IMG/VR virus record: IMGVR_UViG_3300037424_002587
Coordinates: 1-62,513 of that record
Length of the DNA stretch: 62,513 bases
Reading direction: 5' to 3' (one strand)
From: a virus
Taxonomy: Duplodnaviria > Caudoviricetes
The notes beneath the pieces are model-generated. The model was not told the origin of the DNA, made no database searches, and saw only the letters and a program-made list of their open reading frames with translations. Shown piece after piece: positions 1 through 9,061 of this stretch. Both the position numbers and the translations under genes were made by a program. Position 1 is the first letter of the stretch. Every line of letters begins with the position of its first letter.

Positions 1-928
1 TTAATTTTAAATTATAATATTTTAAAAATTCTTTTATAGGTTTCACCCAAGGTTTTGTATCTGCTATTAATGCCTTTTGCTTTGATATCTCATCCTTGAA
101 GTATTCAACTACTTTTTCTTTATATTCTTCTTTTTTATAATTTTTATCACAAGCCATTTTTAACACAAATATATACATACCAATTATATCACGAATTTTA
201 TCCCATTTCTTATGATAATTGGCTCCACCCATGTATCGAAATTCAACATAGCCACTTTGTAATTTTCCAGGATTAATACCATATTCTTTTGTTAAAGTAG
301 TTTTTAATCCAGAAATTATTTCAGTTTCTAAAGCTTTTTCAACACTCTTTAAATTTAAAGAAGTAACTTTTTCTTTGTTATTTAGAATACTTTTTAAAAG
401 TTCTTTAATTGGACCACCAAATATACTTCTTGCTTCTTTATTAAAAACTGAATACACCATGTCTTCATCTATAAAGAACATTAATTTTAACGGGTTAATC
501 TTCTTTGAAATGTTCTTAATAGAAATTCCAACATGAAATCCACATTCATCAGTAGTAATTCCTACTTTATTGATCACATTAAAAACATTGGGACATATTT
601 TTAAGAAGTCTTGCAAGGTCAAAGGTGGACTAATTAATTCAGCACCTGTTTTTTCAGGTAAAGATACATCACGTTCTAATTTCCAACCACTCACATTTTC
701 ATGAGTATGAGATTCACCTTCTAACCAAGGATCTATGTTAATAGAAGATTTTGTAGCTTTTTCTAAAGATTTCAATATTTCGGTATTTATTTTTCTTGGT
801 TCTGATGAAACATTTTCATCATTGAAAATAAATTCAAATTCTGCACCTATTGAAATATCTTTTGATCCTAAGGCTTCTTCTATTTCAGATTGGTCTACTT
901 GAGCAGAAATTTTATGAAAATTTTTCAT
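1..928 (-). CDS. Putative amidoligase (COOH-NH2 ligase) family protein, paralog of 6703..8190; runs off window edge
   Basis: Manual translation from ATG at 928 gives MKNFHKISAQVDQSEIEEALGSKDISIGAEFEFIF..., with ELISPPL, CGFHVGIS and YVEFRYMGG motifs. The ATG overlaps the upstream stop (ATGA). Nt 1-70 are nearly identical to ~7273-7342. Confidence 0.8.
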   Translation of the reverse strand, partial: MKNFHKISAQVDQSEIEEALGSKDISIGAEFEFIFNDENVSSEPRKINTEILKSLEKATKSSINIDPWLEGESHTHENVSGWKLERDVSLPEKTGAELISPPLTLQDFLKICPNVFNVINKVGITTDECGFHVGISIKNISKKINPLKLMFFIDEDMVYSVFNKEARSIFGGPIKELLKSILNNKEKVTSLNLKSVEKALETEIISGLKTTLTKEYGINPGKLQSGYVEFRYMGGANYHKKWDKIRDIIGMYIFVLKMACDKNYKKEEYKEKVVEYFKDEISKQKALIADTKPWVKPIKEFLKYYNLKL

Positions 929-1929
929 TTTATTTTTCCTTTATGGTTCGAACGCCTTTTTTTATGAAAAGCACTACTCGTCGTAGTTTTTCTATATTCC
1001 TCAAGTGTAAACCACGAACCTTTTTCTCTTCTTAATAAATATATCTCTTCGGGTTTAAATTTAAAATCTTTTTTAATATTCTTAACAATAATTTCTTTTT
1101 CTTCTTTGACTATAGTAGTTCCAATACCTACTGCGTATACGGCGGGAAGCACAGCTAACATGATCTCGTCCTTTGAAAAAGTTCTCTTTAACATTACCAA
1201 TATTCGCGAATTATTTTTATATATATCAGGATGAATACTACTCCCAAACTTATGAGCTGCCTCTTCATCATATGTCCAACTACTATATAAACGATTTCGT
1301 AATACTAAATGAGACTTTTTCCCTTCAACTACTTTATCAAGAAGACTTTTATTAACCATTACACAACGATACAAAATATTTGAAGGAGATCGTTTGCATT
1401 CTTCGGGAAGATACTTTGTGAGATGCTCTAATCTTTCTGCATGTTTTATAGCCTGTTTATAATTATCTGCATATAACCAACCTTCCAATTCACTTTTAAT
1501 CTCAAATTGGTGGGCTATAATTTTAGCTTCTGGTAAAAACCCACGCTCTAATATTTCAGGAGTTATTTTTTCATGAGCAAGAAATAAAGACATTAAAAGA
1601 CTACTAACTTCATCATAATTGGTTATTAAAGATTGTAATTTTTTATTAAAATTAATTTCAACCATTAAGGTATGTCTACCTATTGTTTTAATTTCAACTA
1701 CCATTGGTTCAAAAGTTTTTGAAATATCAATTAACTCTCGAAAAGATTCAGAATTTTGATATGAAAATGTCCATATATCAGTTTTATAACTCGCCCAGTA
1801 TTTCCAGTAATCAAGATCGTTTAGAGAAGGTAGATTTCTTTCAGCCAATGTATCATGAATATAAGACATTACTTTATTCATAGTATTTATTAACTTTTGA
1901 AATGTTTTAGGTGTTTCTTCGTATTTCAT
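925..1929 (-). CDS. Putative ADP-ribosyltransferase-fold (R-S-E) domain protein
   Basis: C-terminal half has ILYRC...YSSWT...EEKEIIV, the order expected for the R-S-E ART motifs. Confidence 0.55.
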   Translation of the reverse strand: MKYEETPKTFQKLINTMNKVMSYIHDTLAERNLPSLNDLDYWKYWASYKTDIWTFSYQNSESFRELIDISKTFEPMVVEIKTIGRHTLMVEINFNKKLQSLITNYDEVSSLLMSLFLAHEKITPEILERGFLPEAKIIAHQFEIKSELEGWLYADNYKQAIKHAERLEHLTKYLPEECKRSPSNILYRCVMVNKSLLDKVVEGKKSHLVLRNRLYSSWTYDEEAAHKFGSSIHPDIYKNNSRILVMLKRTFSKDEIMLAVLPAVYAVGIGTTIVKEEKEIIVKNIKKDFKFKPEEIYLLRREKGSWFTLEEYRKTTTSSAFHKKRRSNHKGKIK

Positions 1930-2004
1930 TTTATAAGTCCTGCTTTTTCTTTAAAGCTTCCATTTTCTTGGTTGGATACTACAAAAATAAAAAAAGAAAA
2001 TATA

Positions 2005-3123
2005 TTAATATTGTAGGGTATTAACTGCCTCTCTTTTGTTGAAAACGTTATATACTCTTTTCCAAGATCTACCCATTTTAATATCTTCTATTTTTATACC
2101 ATACATTTTAGAAATATCACTATTTTTGATATTTAATTTTAAAAGCATATGAATTTGATGCACTTGTCGTTCAGTTAATTTTGCATTTGGGTTATTTTCA
2201 CCCCGTTGCTTTTCACACATTTTTTCTTTGCTCTCTAATGAATGCTTTCTACCCGTATTAAATTCCGATAATTTTCTTTTCGCTTCTTCGGAAAGCTTTA
2301 AACCTTTATTAGGTGAAGGTCTACCTTTACAAGACTCCGATATCTTTCTTCTATGTGCATCTGAAAACGTTTTTCCCTTATGAGATTTAGATAGTTTCTG
2401 CCTGGTCTCTTCAGTATGATGCTTGCCTAACATAGAACCTTTTCCAAACATAGGATTATTTTTACCTTTATTTAATAGGGATAATTTTCGTTTAGTTTCT
2501 TCTGAAACTATTCGATTATGACTCGCTAATCCTATCTTTTGTTTAGTTTCTTCAGATAATTTTCGACCTTTATTAGATAATGATATTTTTTGTACAGTCT
2601 CAAAAGAATGATGTTTTCCCAATCTTGACTGTTTTCCGAACATTGGATTTTTTTCGCCCGCCATTTTTCCTTTAAGCGCACTTGATATTTTTTGCTTTGT
2701 TTTTTCGGAAGCTTTTCTACCCTTTAAAGTATTTGCAATTTTCTTTTTTGTTTCTTCCGAAGGATCAATTAAACCATCTCCTCCATCGGTTAAATTTGTT
2801 AAAGGTCCTTTTTTTAGGTCAAAACGGCCGATTTTTGTTATTAAATTTTTCTCAAGATTTAGGGCTTCTTGTTCTAAAAGATTGTCCCTAAAAATCAGGA
2901 TATGCTTTTCTATATCAAAATTTGTAAAACCTTCTTTAAGAAATTTTTGCAGTTTATTTTTAAAATGTGCATTAACTTTTGAACGTTTTAAATGGTCTAA
3001 ATACCTTTTACCTTGGCCTTTACCCACGTAAAGGGGTTCATAAAGAAAACATACATCTTCATAACAATAATAACCACTCTTTCTCGGATCTAAATAAATA
3101 TAAGTATAAAATCTATTTTTCAT
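2005..3123 (-). CDS. GIY-YIG-type homing endonuclease with NUMOD3 repeats and C-terminal HTH
   Basis: [10 protein letters not shown]...[15 protein letters not shown], many H-S-E-E-T-K-x-K-I-S type repeats, and [14 protein letters not shown] tail. Confidence 0.85.
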   Translation of the reverse strand: MKNRFYTYIYLDPRKSGYYCYEDVCFLYEPLYVGKGQGKRYLDHLKRSKVNAHFKNKLQKFLKEGFTNFDIEKHILIFRDNLLEQEALNLEKNLITKIGRFDLKKGPLTNLTDGGDGLIDPSEETKKKIANTLKGRKASEKTKQKISSALKGKMAGEKNPMFGKQSRLGKHHSFETVQKISLSNKGRKLSEETKQKIGLASHNRIVSEETKRKLSLLNKGKNNPMFGKGSMLGKHHTEETRQKLSKSHKGKTFSDAHRRKISESCKGRPSPNKGLKLSEEAKRKLSEFNTGRKHSLESKEKMCEKQRGENNPNAKLTERQVHQIHMLLKLNIKNSDISKMYGIKIEDIKMGRSWKRVYNVFNKREAVNTLQY

Positions 3124-3144
3124 ATTTAACTCTCCTCTATTATG

Positions 3145-3155
3145 AAAATAAATAG
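3145..3155 (-). promoter_or_regulatory. Candidate late-promoter motif CTATTTATTTT
   Basis: The same 11-mer lies just upstream of the RBS of three genes in the structural module (3145, 5284, 19042), with a variant before the sheath gene (~17281). Confidence 0.4.
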
Positions 3156-3217
3156 GAAGAAATATGAAATTTTGAAAAGTAAATTAAACCATTGAAATTA
3201 ATAACGTAATTAACATG

Positions 3218-4558
3218 TCAGCCCGTTGGAAATTGCTCATCAGGTAGGTCTATTGAACCTGCTGGATCATCAGGAGGTGAAGGAGTTTGAGGACTTGCAG
3301 GTGCGCCTGCTCCCACAACATGAGCAATCTGACTAGCCATAGTAGTATGTATAGCAGCAGCTTCAGTAATAGAGGCACCAGCATCGATCTTTAAAGCAGC
3401 ACCTGCTGCTATATTTAACGCAGCTCCGCTTGTAATACCTATCATTGCTATTCCATCTAAAGTGGTTGTTTGTGTTTTGATTGCTAATGTTTGACAATCA
3501 ATTTCACATGTACCCCCAACCTTTAATGTGTAATTACCTTTGATATCAACCTCAGCATTACCTTCTATTGTAATTTTCTGGTCATTTTTTGCTTTTATTC
3601 TTATACTACTATCGGTATCCAAACAAATAAAATTACCTTTATTATCTTTTATAACAACTTTTTCACTTCCTGTAGTACTATCGATATAAACATCATGTCC
3701 TGATGCTCCGTGGATCCTAACTAATTCTTTATCTTTTTCAGCACTTAATTTTATAAATTGTGCACTTGGATTTCCATTTTTTCGACTTGCATCTATAATT
3801 CTTATATAAGCTTTACCATCTTTGCAATACGTGCTTGGGTCAAAAGCACTTTGTGATGGATCATTCTGATTTCTCGCGGAACGTGTACCTCGTTGTGCTG
3901 CATTACCCTCATTATTACTTTCATTTACCGGAGTATACATTTCAAGGATTTGACCTAATCTATCAATAATCATCAAAACTTCAGCTTGATCAGTATCTTT
4001 CGCTAATATTGTAGCTCCCTTAGGTGATTTCGCAATAACACGAATTTGAGTATCCTTTAAATCTTCTTGTGTTTCTTTAGGCGTAGTGAGCCCAGCCTCC
4101 TGCATCCAAGTTCCCATAGAAATAGAAATTGAAGGATCCGGAACATTCCAACTTGAAATAGTATTTATTTCTTGTTGTTTTTCTGGAATATATGGCCAAG
4201 TACCCAACCAAACAGGATAATTAGGATCTGCTTGTTCAAACATTATCCATACACTGGTTCCAATTAAAGGAATATCAAATTCTCCAGTATCTGATACACC
4301 ACCAGTACGAAAACAAGGCCAAGCCCAAGGTAAGGCCTCTACGCTAACTCCTGTTCCTGTTTTACTTTGTTCATTAGGAGAATTAAGATAATCTGCGCCC
4401 CCTACTGCAGCGCCGTGTATAGAGGGAACTCTAACTTTTATTCGCCCTAAACCCTTCGGATCAATATTATATTCGCATACCCCCCGCCAAAGGCCTACTG
4501 CTTTTTTAAGCGAGCCATATTCATCTCTTTTTAACTCATAAATTTGTGAGGGCTTCAT
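3218..4558 (-). CDS. Baseplate central spike (gp5/VgrG-like OB-fold plus beta-helix)
   Basis: DPKGLGRIKVRVP...WAWP...PLIGTSVWIMFEQADPNYPVWLG OB-fold motif, repetitive beta-strand C-terminus, and tail-module context. Confidence 0.8.
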   Translation of the reverse strand: MKPSQIYELKRDEYGSLKKAVGLWRGVCEYNIDPKGLGRIKVRVPSIHGAAVGGADYLNSPNEQSKTGTGVSVEALPWAWPCFRTGGVSDTGEFDIPLIGTSVWIMFEQADPNYPVWLGTWPYIPEKQQEINTISSWNVPDPSISISMGTWMQEAGLTTPKETQEDLKDTQIRVIAKSPKGATILAKDTDQAEVLMIIDRLGQILEMYTPVNESNNEGNAAQRGTRSARNQNDPSQSAFDPSTYCKDGKAYIRIIDASRKNGNPSAQFIKLSAEKDKELVRIHGASGHDVYIDSTTGSEKVVIKDNKGNFICLDTDSSIRIKAKNDQKITIEGNAEVDIKGNYTLKVGGTCEIDCQTLAIKTQTTTLDGIAMIGITSGAALNIAAGAALKIDAGASITEAAAIHTTMASQIAHVVGAGAPASPQTPSPPDDPAGSIDLPDEQFPTG

Positions 4559-4644
4559 GATTCGAAAGTCTCCTACTTTATGAAAAATTAAGCATTTTCA
4601 ACGGGTTAACTACTAACCCTCTAAGATGCCTAATGCCCATTCAC
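4556..4644. mobile_element. Internally deleted remnant of the tnpB element (tnpB 3' end plus downstream end)
   Basis: ctttatgaaaaattaagcattttcaacgggttaactactaaccctcta closely matches 57537-57584. It also carries a degenerate VNGALGILR segment and ends in ATTCAC. Confidence 0.8.
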
Positions 4645-4789
4645 ATTTTTTTATCTTGATCATTTTTCCAAGCTCGAATTTTGAGATTTTCAAGTCCGTC
4701 TTCATCATAATCATAATCTTTTGCTTCTATTTTTTGTACCAATTTTTTCAGGCCTCTCTCTCTTTTAAACTTTTAATTAATTTGTTCAT
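4641..4789 (-). pseudogene. Short frameshifted ORF (MNKLIKSLKE.. / GLKKLVQKIEAKDYDYDED..)
   Basis: Good RBS plus ATG at 4789. The frame is broken in an (AG)n run; removing 2 nt gives 48 aa ending at a TGA supplied by the mini-element. Confidence 0.35.
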
Positions 4790-4805
4790 GATATTTCTCC
4801 TTCCA

Positions 4806-5270
4806 CTACTTACCTTCTAATTTGCTTTTTAACCACCAAGGCCCTTTTTGGCCCGATTTTAATTTTGGACTATATTCAATTTTTTTAGCGAGTGATCCAC
4901 AAAAAGCTCCAGGATTATCTATTTTACCTGTCATTTTTTTAATACATTGAGTTATCCTGTGTTTTCTATCTCCTGTTAAACTATTCCAAAATTTCTTGAT
5001 AGATTCCATAGTCCAACCCCTTGGCATCTTACCCCATCCTGCTGCATTAACTTGTTTAGGGATTGTAATTTTGAATCCCAAAACTTTAGCAACTTTTATA
5101 GCTAATCTGCTATCTTTCTGATACAACGCTTTTATTTCTCTTGCAATTCTTTGTTGTTCATTTTCTTTCATTGTAATTTTGAACCCTAAAGCTTTAGCAG
5201 CTTTTAATGCGAGAGCTTTGTCTCTTTTGTATAATTCTTTTATTTCCGCAATTACTTTTTGTGTTTTCAT
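4806..5270 (-). CDS. Hypothetical virion-module protein with N-terminal tandem ~30-aa repeat
   Basis: EIKELYKRDKALALKAAKALGFKIT / EIKALYQKDSRLAIKVAKVLGFKIT; strong RBS AAGGAG. Confidence 0.7.
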   Translation of the reverse strand: MKTQKVIAEIKELYKRDKALALKAAKALGFKITMKENEQQRIAREIKALYQKDSRLAIKVAKVLGFKITIPKQVNAAGWGKMPRGWTMESIKKFWNSLTGDRKHRITQCIKKMTGKIDNPGAFCGSLAKKIEYSPKLKSGQKGPWWLKSKLEGK

Positions 5271-5283
5271 ATTTTCTCCTTTT

Positions 5284-5294
5284 AAAATAAATAG
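5284..5294 (-). promoter_or_regulatory. Candidate late-promoter motif CTATTTATTTT
   Basis: Identical 11-mer immediately upstream of the AAGGAG RBS of 4806..5270. Confidence 0.4.
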
Positions 5295-5311
5295 ACGAGT
5301 AATTGATTTTT

Positions 5312-6706
5312 TTAAATACCGCCTTGTCCTTGACCCGTAGGGGTACTTTCAAACCATTGATATAAATCAGGCAATGAAGTTCCTTGACCAATAGGGGGTA
5401 CCCAATAAGGTAAAGATTGAGAAATTGTGTCCCAGTCTGAAAAGACCTGGCCATAGCCTTTTTGTTTTACATCTAAAGTTCCTTCTTTTTGTGCATTTTT
5501 CCACAACAACATACTCGAGGTAAAAGTTCCATTATTTATAGTATGTGTTACCCCTGCAACATAAAATCTACCGGAACAATAATGAGGTTTATTTTCTGCA
5601 TCTAATACTAATACTCCAATATTAGTTCCAGGTGTTATATGGGGATCTCCTACAACTTCTAATTCGGCAGTAAAAAACATATTAAATCTCAAGAACCATC
5701 TTTGCAATGCCTCTAATTGTGCGGCGTCAGCTGTAAGAGCGGGTGTGTACAATGGTCTTCCTGTGCCCCCAACAGTTTCTATCACTTGGTCCGGAATAAA
5801 ATCACCATTTACTATCTTAGCTGAAGTACTTTCCTTATTATCTACTATCACATCATATAATTCTCTTGTAAAAGGATTAAGACCAGTCACTCTTAAATTA
5901 AGAGCGCCCATACCTCTTTGTATTGCTCCGTCGCCAAGTTCAGGAGAAAATCGAATAACTTCACCTAAATAGTATTTATATACAATGTAGGTTTTAGTCG
6001 TGGGGGCATCTAAACCGGGGGGCCTAAAAAATAATTTATTTGATGTGGAGTCCAACCAACAACTAAAGCCTGATCTTTCATTGTCCTCTAACCTTGCATG
6101 TTTTATTAATACTTCATTAATAAAAGTCATATCAGGCATTCGGTATTGAATAAATTTTCTTGGATTATCATCTTCATCAGGTACTATTTTCGTTCGGGCT
6201 ATCGAAGCTTCATCATAAAGCCAACCATGAGACTCCGCGATTGCTTCAACTATTTCGTGAATATATGTTTTATCACTCCAATCCCTACTTTTAGCTTCTT
6301 CATTTGCAATAATTGATTGGTCAAAACCTTCTATTGAAATTCTTACCCCATTAACTTCAAATGAAGGAGTATGCTTTTCAATAGTTGCTTTTCTCCACTG
6401 AGATTGGTGTCCTTTTGCCCATCCAAATCTAAATTTTAAATTATCTTTTTGTTTAATTAATAATTCTTCAAATTTCGACCATGTAGCATCAAAAACGTCT
6501 AATGTAAAAACATCGGCTTCAGTCGTTATAGTATTGTTGTAAGTAAAAGATATAAGATTTTCAGGTGGCACATTTTGAATTGTTGAATCATCTAAGAAAC
6601 CAATTTGTATAAATGCAAAATCCGAAGGAGCCTTGGAAGGCTCTCCAAGTAATTCTTTAATATTACCTAAACTAGGATCTTGTTGTTCTATTCCTGGTGT
6701 AATCAT
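5312..6706 (-). CDS. Baseplate hub / late control D (gp27-like) protein
   Basis: FRFGW, IHEIVEAIA, LFFRPP and ELEVVGDPHITPG...SGRFYVAGVTHTI motifs typical of hub proteins; upstream of the spike gene. Confidence 0.75.
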   Translation of the reverse strand: MITPGIEQQDPSLGNIKELLGEPSKAPSDFAFIQIGFLDDSTIQNVPPENLISFTYNNTITTEADVFTLDVFDATWSKFEELLIKQKDNLKFRFGWAKGHQSQWRKATIEKHTPSFEVNGVRISIEGFDQSIIANEEAKSRDWSDKTYIHEIVEAIAESHGWLYDEASIARTKIVPDEDDNPRKFIQYRMPDMTFINEVLIKHARLEDNERSGFSCWLDSTSNKLFFRPPGLDAPTTKTYIVYKYYLGEVIRFSPELGDGAIQRGMGALNLRVTGLNPFTRELYDVIVDNKESTSAKIVNGDFIPDQVIETVGGTGRPLYTPALTADAAQLEALQRWFLRFNMFFTAELEVVGDPHITPGTNIGVLVLDAENKPHYCSGRFYVAGVTHTINNGTFTSSMLLWKNAQKEGTLDVKQKGYGQVFSDWDTISQSLPYWVPPIGQGTSLPDLYQWFESTPTGQGQGGI

Positions 6707-8190
6707 AAAGATTTTCCTTGTGCCTTGCTACGTACCGCAAAAAAATGTAGTTTATAAGAGTTATCCAAAGGAAAAGATGAACCATCCCCAAAACTTAAAC
6801 ATTGTACCTTGGATGAATTTGCGACTTTAGTAGATGTCCAAGTTGTATATTCACCCCGTTCAAATTGAGACATATCCGGAAAAATTTTAGTATCTATGGT
6901 GGGCAATGATCCTTTTTTTACCAAAGTTAGAAGCTCATCCAAAGTGGGAAGTCTCCAATCCTTATAGTTATCTAACTTTAGTTTTTCACAATAACTTAAG
7001 GCCTCTTGCCATTTCATTTTTTTAAATATCCTTCTAACCCACATAAGATTTGTATGATTATCTATTACTGTATTATTTTTAATATTAAATCTTTCTTTCA
7101 TTTTTTTATACATTTTATCATCAAGAAATTTTTTAAAGACTAAATCAGAGGCTGAAATCTTTAATACTTTATTATCAATTTTATATTCAACATAGTCCGT
7201 AATTTTATTCATGTCTTCCTGAAGACCGCTTAGATGAACGTATATAAAAGAAGAAGATCTTCGAATTTGTATAGTTTTTAAATTATAATATTTTAAAAAC
7301 TCTTTTATAGGTTTCACCCAAGGTTTTGTATCTTCTATTAATACTTTTTGTTTTTCCACTTCACCCTTTAATAATTCAGATACTTTTTCCTTGTATTCTT
7401 CTTTTTTATAATCTTTATCACAAGCCATTTTCAATATGAATATATACATACCAATTATATCACGAATTTTATCCCATTTCTTGTGATAATCTTTCCCACC
7501 CATGTATCGAAATTCAACATAACCACTTTGTAATTTTCCGGGGTTAATTCCATAATCTTTTGTTAAGGTAATTGACAATTCAGATTGTAGACTAGCCTCT
7601 AAGGCTGTTTCTAATTTTGTTATATCTTTTATATTAATAGACTTTTCACGTAATGCATCTATTATTATTTCTTTAACTGGCCCCCCGTATATGCTTCGCG
7701 CTTCCTTATTAAAAACAGAGTATACTAAATTCTCATCGATAAAAAAGATTAATTTTAAAGGGTTAATCTTAGATATCTTTCGAGTAGAAATTCCAACATG
7801 AAAACCACAAGCATCTGTAGTTTTGCCCACTTTATCAATAGTTTCAAATACTTGCGGGTATATCTTTAAAAACTTCTGTAAAGGTAAAGGAGGACTAATT
7901 AATTCTGCTCCCCTTTCACCCCGCAAAGAATCTTCATATTCTAATTTCCAACCACTAATATCTTTATAGGTGTGCGCTTTTTTATTTAACCAAGGGCTTA
8001 TATTTATAGGGGATTTTATGGCTTTTTCTAATTGCTCTATAGCCGAAGAGTCCAAATTTCTGGGTTTTAAAATATTTTCTTGGTTAAAGAAAAATTCCCA
8101 TTCAGCTCCTATCAATACGTCTTTTGATAAAAGAGCTTTTTCGATATCCTCGGAAGTTGTTTGTGCTTTAATAAATTTCAATTTAATCAT
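6703..8190 (-). CDS. Putative amidoligase fused to C-terminal DUF1566 (Lcl C-terminal, C-type lectin-like) domain
   Basis: N-terminal IGAEWE, ELISPPL, CGFHVGIS, VEFR. C-terminal TVIDNHTNLMW...WQEALSYCEKL...DWRLPTLDEL...WTST...AVR. Confidence 0.8.
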   Translation of the reverse strand: MIKLKFIKAQTTSEDIEKALLSKDVLIGAEWEFFFNQENILKPRNLDSSAIEQLEKAIKSPINISPWLNKKAHTYKDISGWKLEYEDSLRGERGAELISPPLPLQKFLKIYPQVFETIDKVGKTTDACGFHVGISTRKISKINPLKLIFFIDENLVYSVFNKEARSIYGGPVKEIIIDALREKSINIKDITKLETALEASLQSELSITLTKDYGINPGKLQSGYVEFRYMGGKDYHKKWDKIRDIIGMYIFILKMACDKDYKKEEYKEKVSELLKGEVEKQKVLIEDTKPWVKPIKEFLKYYNLKTIQIRRSSSFIYVHLSGLQEDMNKITDYVEYKIDNKVLKISASDLVFKKFLDDKMYKKMKERFNIKNNTVIDNHTNLMWVRRIFKKMKWQEALSYCEKLKLDNYKDWRLPTLDELLTLVKKGSLPTIDTKIFPDMSQFERGEYTTWTSTKVANSSKVQCLSFGDGSSFPLDNSYKLHFFAVRSKAQGKSL

Positions 8191-8202
8191 TTTTTTCTTT
8201 CT

Positions 8203-9045
8203 TTACACAGGTAACAAATCCAAATACCAAGTACTTGGACTTTGATCCCCTTTAACTATCCATCTTCTACCTTGTGGATCTGAATATATATTTCCTAGAA
8301 CGATACCGATAAATGTTTGGCCATTCCAAATAGTTGGAAAACCCGCTGTGTTTAATTTCAATTGACCCCAAGGTATAGTCGGATTAGGGGCTCCTTTAGG
8401 GGCTACCACTTCAGGTGTTGGGGATATAAGTACAGGCGTGATCATGGCTCCAGGCATTGCTAGCAGAGGAGTAGTAATTGGCTGCTGATTCACATTATTG
8501 AAAGATCTAATGTCAGAAAATCCAAAGGGTATGGTATTTACTTCTTGTAAGGAAATATCCACTTCTGCAATAAAAGGTAATAAATTTTGATCGTAGGGAG
8601 ATTTATAAGTTACATTTACAGAAGGAACTATGCATACACTTTTAATAAGAAGGCCCACTGATAGTAGCACCTTGTGAGGAGGCAATGTATAATCTGCTTT
8701 AGAATAATCAGGATACATTAACGACTGCAACCAACGAGTTTTTACTAATACAGAAACGGGACTATCTGTTATAAGTGCTACATTCGCGGGAGTTTCATCT
8801 TCCGTTGAAGCCGCAAATTTAGTTTGACCTATACCTGCAATAAACTTCAAGTGTAGACTAAATTCACGCGGTCCACTATTTATATAACCAAAAATAGGTT
8901 CAGATCTGCCAGGCACATCAATTTGAGCATAATTAGCCGCTTTAGTATCGCTTATTTCTTCAGGAATATATCCGAAATTTAATATTTCTCCATTTTCCAT
9001 ATCTTTTAAATAAGCGTTGTCTAGAGCTCTTTGCATATCTGACAT
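8203..9045 (-). CDS. Tail tube initiator / CIS-tube-like baseplate protein
   Basis: PEEISDTKAANY..PGRSEPIFGYINSGPREFSL...LQSLMYP...PPHKV; directly downstream of the tape measure gene. Confidence 0.7.
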   Translation of the reverse strand: MSDMQRALDNAYLKDMENGEILNFGYIPEEISDTKAANYAQIDVPGRSEPIFGYINSGPREFSLHLKFIAGIGQTKFAASTEDETPANVALITDSPVSVLVKTRWLQSLMYPDYSKADYTLPPHKVLLSVGLLIKSVCIVPSVNVTYKSPYDQNLLPFIAEVDISLQEVNTIPFGFSDIRSFNNVNQQPITTPLLAMPGAMITPVLISPTPEVVAPKGAPNPTIPWGQLKLNTAGFPTIWNGQTFIGIVLGNIYSDPQGRRWIVKGDQSPSTWYLDLLPV

Positions 9046-9061
9046 ATTATATTATATCTCC

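Noticed and set aside
6703-7100. Diversity-generating retroelement targeting DUF1566
   Set aside because: No reverse transcriptase or template repeat is visible in this window. The 1-928 similarity covers the amidoligase part and is ordinary paralogy. A DGR could exist elsewhere in the genome.
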